Shown: piece by piece, positions 58,712-64,000 of the stretch
Layout: every line of letters begins with the position of its first letter
Numbering within the stretch: the first letter of the stretch is position 1
Assembly (NCBI GenBank): GCA_964609765.1
Contig: CAZSSD010000001.1
Location: forward strand, 45,282 to 109,281
Source of the DNA: an uncultured Candidatus Saccharibacteria bacterium
Lineage (GTDB): Bacteria; Patescibacteriota; Doudnabacteria; UBA920; 2-02-FULL-46-11
Direction: 5' to 3'
DNA: 64,000 bases
Notes under the pieces: generated by a model
What the model was told of the DNA's origin: nothing
Database searches by the model: none
The model's input: only the letters and a program-made list of their open reading frames with translations
Translations under genes and position numbers: made by a program

Positions 58712-58855
58712 GGTCTCCCGCCTAGCACCCTTCGAAAAACCGTCCTCAACTTTCTCCGGCGGAAAGTTGGGACTTAGCACTCGGACTCGCTCTTGCTTCG
58801 CAAGACCAAGCAGCTCGTCCTCCGTGAAATTTTTCTCAGGCCCTAGGCAGAGGCC
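58712..58855 (+). repeat. Structured MITE/REP-like repeat, copy B
   Basis: CTAGC..CTTCGAAAAAC-[hairpin]-CTCGGACTCGCT-[hairpin]-AGCAGCTCGTCCT...TTTTTCTC..CTAG. Confidence 0.7.
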
Positions 58856-58898
58856 TTAGCGTCCTATCCTCGCTCACCCCTAAGGAAAACTGAAAAAG

Positions 58899-58927
58899 TT
58901 GACGAATAGCGCCAAAAGCGCTACTTT
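58899..58927 (+). promoter_or_regulatory. Sigma70-type promoter for orphan cassette
   Basis: TTGACG-17nt-TACTTT. Confidence 0.55.
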
Positions 58928-58979
58928 TTAATGTTACACCGCGCCCGGCGATCCGGGTACCAGTGCTAGAGGAGGCATC

Positions 58980-59468
58980 ATGTCAGAGCCACTGTTCAGC
59001 CAAAACGGCCGGCGCATTACGTTCTACTGCGGTCTGGGCAGTACGAACTGCTACGCCAGGCAGGGTAGCAATGAGGAGCTGATCATCACGGACGGCGATG
59101 TGTTGACCGCACTTGGGCTGGTCTTCGCAGCCCGCGCGGATCTCGCCGATGTCTTCGAGCAGGCGCATTGGACCCGGAGCTACGCGCAGGAGACCGCCGA
59201 CATACTCGGCGCGGTCAGGTTCCAGGGCACCTCGTCCTCTCAGCCCAGGGTTAAGATAGATGTCGACGTGTCGGAATGCCGTTTGGAGTTCTATGGCGAG
59301 TTTCTGAAGGTAACCCTGCCGACTCACTGGTTCCTCAACAGGCTGCTTGACTTCCTTGCAAGGCACCCGCAACTTCCCGAGATCAGTGCGGCCCGGTTGA
59401 ACGCAAGCGCTTTGCGCGAGGGCTGGGCGGAGTTTGCCCGCACCCGATCGTCGCCTAGCGGCCGCTGA
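58980..59468 (+). CDS. Hypothetical protein (162 aa) in a GC-rich cassette
   Basis: Strong RBS AGGAGG; own promoter; downstream hairpin GCCACCGG...CCGGTGGC plus T-run; no family recognised. Confidence 0.65.
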   Translation: MSEPLFSQNGRRITFYCGLGSTNCYARQGSNEELIITDGDVLTALGLVFAARADLADVFEQAHWTRSYAQETADILGAVRFQGTSSSQPRVKIDVDVSECRLEFYGEFLKVTLPTHWFLNRLLDFLARHPQLPEISAARLNASALREGWAEFARTRSSPSGR

Positions 59469-59565
59469 ACAGCCGAGTTATGCCTCTTAAGGCCACCGGA
59501 GCCACGCGCCCGGTGGCTTCGGATTTTTTGGGGACTAAAAAACCACCCGACGGTGGTTTGTTTGC

Positions 59566-59886
59566 TTAGAAATGGGCTTTGAGTTTTGCTTCAATAATAC
59601 TTTTGGGAACGACACCGATCACTTCGTCTACAACCTCGCCGTTTTTGAAAATTTTTAAATTTGGAATAGACATAATATTATAACGGCCTGCTACCTCGGG
59701 GTTCTCGTCCACATTTAGCTTGGCAATTTTAACTTTTTCGGCGTGTTCCGCGGCAATCTCGTCAAGCACCGGCGCGATTACCCGGCAAGGCGCGCACCAT
59801 TCGGCCCAAAAGTCTACCAACACTAATTTGTCAGAGCCGGTCACTTCACTGTCAAAACTTTGATCGGTCACAGTCACAGCATTCAT
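59566..59886 (-). CDS. trxA: Thioredoxin
   Basis: LVDFWAEWCAPC, KLNVDENP, IMSIP. Confidence 0.96.
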   Translation of the reverse strand: MNAVTVTDQSFDSEVTGSDKLVLVDFWAEWCAPCRVIAPVLDEIAAEHAEKVKIAKLNVDENPEVAGRYNIMSIPNLKIFKNGEVVDEVIGVVPKSIIEAKLKAHF

Positions 59887-60001
59887 GTTTTTTTAGCTTT
59901 GTTAATAATAGCTTTAACAACATAACAAAAGTAAAACGGCTTGGCAACTGTTTCCCAACTTACAAAAAATTCATTATAATAAACAAAGTAGGTAAAGCAA
60001 A

Positions 60002-60985
60002 ATGGATACAAATCTGACGCCGGACCACCCAAAATTGGCAATACTCAAAAGAGCCCTGCAAGGCAAGAATCTTGCTATTTTAGTATTCATTCTTATTTTG
60101 TTGCTTTTCTTCTATGGTCGCGGCGAAGAGGGTATTGTCGAGAGTGCCGCTTCCGCTCAAACTATGAGCAGTCACCCGCCCTTACCTGTTCAAAATTCCA
60201 TTTTAGAATCGCGGCCGGCGCTCAAAAATGGCATTGAGCCAAATTCAATAACCTTAACGGCCAGAGCTGGAATTGTCTACGAACTGGATTCCCAAAAAGT
60301 GCTCTACAGCAAGAATATTGAGCAACCTTTGCCCGTCGCGAGTTTGACCAAACTGACCACGGCTTTGCTGGTTTCCAGGCATTTATCGCCCGAGCAGGTT
60401 GTTACGGTAGACAACCAAAAATTGTCGGATATTGCTGACCCAAAACTTGATCTCGTTTACGGCGAAAAGATCCGAGTCGGCGATTTGGTAGAGGGGATGC
60501 TCGTGGCTTCGGCTAATGACGCGGCCGAGGTCTTGGCCGAGGCTGTGGGTAAAGGGGATAGGCAGAAGGCCGTTGTCATGATGAACTCATTGGCTTCCAA
60601 TCTAGGCCTTAAGAGCACTCATTACGCCAATCCGACTGGCTTTGACCACCCAAGTGGGTATTCCACAATCCTGGACGTCCTGACCGTAGTTTTTGAAGTT
60701 GAGCGTACGCCTTGGTTGATGTCTTTATTGTCCGAAAGCAGGGGAGAAGTGCGGTCCGTTGATGGAAAGCTTACACATCGCTTTAATACGACCAACCGAT
60801 TATTGAGCACTGATTATGTCACGGGCGGTAAAACCGGGTTTACCGACGGCGCCCTGGGCAATTTAGTTGTTTTTGCCAAAAGCCCCAACCAGTCGCCGCT
60901 CGTGGCTATTATTATCGGCAGTGAAGACCGCGAGGGTGAAATGCAAAGGCTGCTGGAATGGACCTTTGCCTCCTATAATTGGTGA
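60002..60985 (+). CDS. D-alanyl-D-alanine carboxypeptidase (S11)
   Basis: PVASLTKL (SxxK), SAN, NPTG.D, NTN-like, GGKTGFT. Confidence 0.9.
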   Translation: MDTNLTPDHPKLAILKRALQGKNLAILVFILILLLFFYGRGEEGIVESAASAQTMSSHPPLPVQNSILESRPALKNGIEPNSITLTARAGIVYELDSQKVLYSKNIEQPLPVASLTKLTTALLVSRHLSPEQVVTVDNQKLSDIADPKLDLVYGEKIRVGDLVEGMLVASANDAAEVLAEAVGKGDRQKAVVMMNSLASNLGLKSTHYANPTGFDHPSGYSTILDVLTVVFEVERTPWLMSLLSESRGEVRSVDGKLTHRFNTTNRLLSTDYVTGGKTGFTDGALGNLVVFAKSPNQSPLVAIIIGSEDREGEMQRLLEWTFASYNW

Positions 60986-61008
60986 GTTATAATTTAGTGG
61001 CTTAAAAT

Positions 61009-62073
61009 ATGACCGAACAATTTTTTCCAATCGTCAGAATACTTTTTTTTACATTCGTTGCTTTTAGCTTAAGTTTTTGGGCGACTCCGCTTTTGACCCA
61101 CTTTTTGTACAAATACAAATTTTGGAAACCCAAGGTGCGCACGCTGGGGCTTGACGGCCAACCGACGCCGATTTTTTCAAAACTGCACGCCGATCGGGAA
61201 ATAAATACTCCCCGCATGGGCGGAGTTTTAATTTGGGTGATATCGGGGCTAGTGGTTTTGGCCGGATTTATTATTTCTCGCTTTTCTTCAAATGCTGAAT
61301 TTTGGAATGTTTTAGACAGAGGCCAAACTTGGCTTCCCCTCTTCACGCTCCTTACGGCTGGCGTGATCGGCGCCCTTGACGACGTACTGGTCATCAAGTC
61401 CCGGGGCGCTTATGTGGGCGGCGGGCTGGCTATGAAATGGCGTCTGCTTTTGGTGGCCATTATTGGCTTAATCGGAGCCTGGTGGTTTACCTCAAAACTC
61501 GGTTTTAGCGAGATCTTTGTGCCCTTCGTAGGCAATCTTGATATTGGCTGGCTTTACGGACCCCTTTTTGTGATTGTGCTCTTCGCCACGTTTTCATCCG
61601 GCGTCGTGGACGGATTAGACGGCCTTTCCGGCGGGGTCTTTGCCACTATATTTTTGGCCTACGCCGCCATCGCTTACTCGCGCGGTCAATTTGAGCTCGC
61701 CACCTTTTGCGCGATTTTACTCGGCACCATGTTGGCCTATTTATGGTTTAATATACCGCCGGCGCGCTTTTATATGGGCGAAACCGGCATCCTCGCTTTA
61801 ACTACCACGTTAACCGTGGTCGCTTTTCTGACTAATGCGGTGCTGCTCCTGCCAATTGCGGGCATCATTTTGGTGGCCGAAACCGGGTCAGTAATTATAC
61901 AATTGCTCTCGAAAAAGTTTCGTCACGGCAAGAAAGTATTTTTGTCCGCGCCGCTGCACCATCATTTTGAAGCCCAAGGCTGGCCCCATTACAAGGTGAC
62001 TATGCGGTTTTGGGTAATTTCGGCTGTTTTTTGCCTGTTGGCGCTGCTTATTTATTTGGTCGGCCCTCGATAG
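61009..62073 (+). CDS. mraY: Phospho-N-acetylmuramoyl-pentapeptide transferase
   Basis: TPRMGG, GALDD, DGLDGL, WFN..PA..YMG.TG, SVIIQ, APLHHHFE. Confidence 0.88.
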   Translation: MTEQFFPIVRILFFTFVAFSLSFWATPLLTHFLYKYKFWKPKVRTLGLDGQPTPIFSKLHADREINTPRMGGVLIWVISGLVVLAGFIISRFSSNAEFWNVLDRGQTWLPLFTLLTAGVIGALDDVLVIKSRGAYVGGGLAMKWRLLLVAIIGLIGAWWFTSKLGFSEIFVPFVGNLDIGWLYGPLFVIVLFATFSSGVVDGLDGLSGGVFATIFLAYAAIAYSRGQFELATFCAILLGTMLAYLWFNIPPARFYMGETGILALTTTLTVVAFLTNAVLLLPIAGIILVAETGSVIIQLLSKKFRHGKKVFLSAPLHHHFEAQGWPHYKVTMRFWVISAVFCLLALLIYLVGPR

Positions 62074-62129
62074 CTTGTGGTAAAATAGAAGAGCGCGCAA
62101 TCGTTTAGAAATCAAAATTAAATGCTGCC

Positions 62130-63734
62130 ATGCTGGACGTTCTGATAAAAAACGGTATTGTCTTTGACGGCACTGGCCAGGGCCATGGCGTGCGCCGCGA
62201 CATCGGCGTCCAAAATGGCGCAATTGTTTCGCTGGGCGATACGCCGCGGGCTAACGCCCATGAGGTAATCGATGCCGAGGGTCTTTATGTGGCCCCGGGC
62301 TTTATTGATATTCAGAACCATTCTGATAGCCATGGTTTGATCTTAAATAAGCCGGGGCTTGAGAGTATGGTCGCCCAGGGCGTGACCACGATTTGTGTTG
62401 GCCAGTGCGGCGCGTCTTTGGCTCCTTTGCCCGTTCTTTCTTCAATCAAATCTCTTCAAAAATGGGGCGGGTTCGAGGGTATTAATGCCGATTGGCGGTC
62501 CTTCGCGGAGTTTAGAGACCGCTTGGGTCCTAATTTATTTGGCGCCAATATTGCCAGTTTTGTCGGACACGGCACTTTGCGCAGGGCTTTTACCGGCGAC
62601 TCGGCGCGCGAGTTAACTCCCGACGAAATTAACCAGCTGGCCCTGATCCTGCGCCAAGCCTTAAACGAAGGCGCATTTGGCGTGTCTTTCGGTTTTCAAT
62701 ACGGCCACGAGATTAAAACAAGCGTGGCCGAGGTTTTAGCTCTGCTATCGGTGGCTAAGGAATTTGAGAGTATTTTTAGTCTGCATTTGCGCTCACAAGA
62801 TGAATCTTTACTGCAGTCAATTTCCGATGTTTTAGAAATCGCCCGGGCCGTGGGTGTTAAAACCAAGATCTCGCATCTCAAAGTGGAAGGCCTCAAGAAT
62901 AAGCACCAACTCGATCAGGGTTTGCGGCTCATTGAAAACGAATATCAGGCCGGTACGCCGATCCGGTTCGATGTTTATCCCTACACCACCACCTGGCGGT
63001 CACTTTACACTTACTTGCCCAGCTGGGCCTACGAGGGGGGCTTTCAGCCGATGCTCGAAAGGATGAAGCAGAAATCAGGAAAAATGCGCATATTAACACA
63101 GCTTGGCGAGAACCGCAGGCATTTGGCTGATTTGCTGGTCACAACCAGTCCCAAAGTTTACGGGTTTGTCGGCAAAACCGTGGCTCAAATCTCACACGGC
63201 CAGGGCTTAACACCCGAACAGGCCGTGTTGAACATTCTTTCGGCTAATCATGGCCAGACTGTTGTTTTTGATCATAATGTTGACCCCGGCCAGGTGACGT
63301 CTTTGCTTAAACACCCCTTGTCTTTTGTCGCTAGCGATGGCGTTGGTTATCCTTTTAACGAGCCTCTCGAATCAGAACTGCCCCATCCCCGTTGTTTTGG
63401 CACTTTTCCGCGTTTCCTGCGCATGCTCCGCAACGATAATGATGAGACTAATACCCTGCCGCTCTTGTCCTGGGCCGAGGGCTTGGCCAAAATCACGGGT
63501 TGGCCCGCTCAATTTTTAGGCTTAAGCAACCGCGGCTTTATTAGGAAAAATTATCGGGCCGACATCGTTGTTTTTGATCCCGACAATATTTCTGATTTGG
63601 CCACGTATACCAACCCCTTTAAGGCGCCGCAGGGCGTGCGTTATGTGCTTAACAACGGCAAGATCAGTCTTTTTGAAGGTCAGCTCACGGGTGTTTACGG
63701 TGGCCGCCTACTTAAGACTGCGAGCGCGGCTTAA
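62130..63734 (+). CDS. N-acyl-D-amino-acid deacylase family amidohydrolase
   Basis: APGFID..NHSD, QGVTT...GQCG.S, HLR, SHLK, DVYPY, SDG, HPR.FGTFPR, ADIVVFDP. Confidence 0.88.
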   Translation: MLDVLIKNGIVFDGTGQGHGVRRDIGVQNGAIVSLGDTPRANAHEVIDAEGLYVAPGFIDIQNHSDSHGLILNKPGLESMVAQGVTTICVGQCGASLAPLPVLSSIKSLQKWGGFEGINADWRSFAEFRDRLGPNLFGANIASFVGHGTLRRAFTGDSARELTPDEINQLALILRQALNEGAFGVSFGFQYGHEIKTSVAEVLALLSVAKEFESIFSLHLRSQDESLLQSISDVLEIARAVGVKTKISHLKVEGLKNKHQLDQGLRLIENEYQAGTPIRFDVYPYTTTWRSLYTYLPSWAYEGGFQPMLERMKQKSGKMRILTQLGENRRHLADLLVTTSPKVYGFVGKTVAQISHGQGLTPEQAVLNILSANHGQTVVFDHNVDPGQVTSLLKHPLSFVASDGVGYPFNEPLESELPHPRCFGTFPRFLRMLRNDNDETNTLPLLSWAEGLAKITGWPAQFLGLSNRGFIRKNYRADIVVFDPDNISDLATYTNPFKAPQGVRYVLNNGKISLFEGQLTGVYGGRLLKTASAA

Positions 63735-63742
63735 ATCTAGCC

Positions 63743-64000
63743 ATGACCAAGCCAAATTTAAGCAATCCCAATTATGCCCTGCTAAGCTTGATTGTAGTTT
63801 TTCTGTTTTTGGGCATCACCGCCATCGCCTCGGCCTCATCGGTTATCTCTTGGAATAACCACGCCAATACCTATTACTATCTCGTGCACCAAATTCTTTT
63901 TGGCATAGTGCCCGGGATTATTTTGATGTTTATCGCGAGTCGTATCAATTATCGTTTTTGGCGGGCGATTTCGCCCTTTTTGCTTTTGCTGGCGCTTTTT
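63743..64000 (+). CDS. ftsW: FtsW/RodA family protein, 3'-truncated
   Basis: G.....SAS......YYY..HQ..FG TM pattern; lies near mraY. Confidence 0.75.
   Translation, partial: MTKPNLSNPNYALLSLIVVFLFLGITAIASASSVISWNNHANTYYYLVHQILFGIVPGIILMFIASRINYRFWRAISPFLLLLALF

Noticed and set aside
58775-58783. TTAGCACTC CIRCE half-site
   Set aside because: No second half at N9 spacing; lies inside a repeat element.
1-64000. CRISPR array, DGR/retron, integrase, transposase or prophage
   Set aside because: No regularly spaced repeats, reverse transcriptase, recombinase or phage structural genes recognised by eye.

Overview
Bacterial chromosome segment with a gene set typical of Patescibacteria/CPR (taxon is inferred, not proven). 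It uses the standard code, with TGA serving as a stop. The housekeeping backbone includes rseP, proS, mreBCD-mrdA, greA, lysS, serS, an ftsQ-like gene, glycosyltransferases, rplU, recR-dnaB-cysS, dnaX, tRNA-Gln, pyrG, a two-component pair, three pilin-like genes, CIRCE-lon, trxB/trxA, a DD-carboxypeptidase, mraY and a partial ftsW. Accessory coding regions are an AT-rich cluster of four proteins with only a C-terminal phospho-His swivel domain plus a histidine phosphatase (1-5.7 kb), and three very large low-complexity proteins upstream of a VirD4/TraD-like ATPase (30.9-43.0 kb). The most striking signals are non-coding GC-rich islands. One is a promoter-to-terminator RNA operon at 26.3-27.3 kb: a ~510-nt pseudoknotted RNA, an 8/4 allo-tRNA-like element with G3:U70, a long-variable-arm tRNA with a GTT anticodon, and a further structured RNA. 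Another is a ~790-nt highly paired RNA at 6.9-7.7 kb ending in a terminator/antiterminator pair. Two orphan-ORF cassettes have mRNA ends that base-pair. Several small dispersed structured repeat families are also present. All RNA structures were paired by eye and need covariance or folding confirmation.
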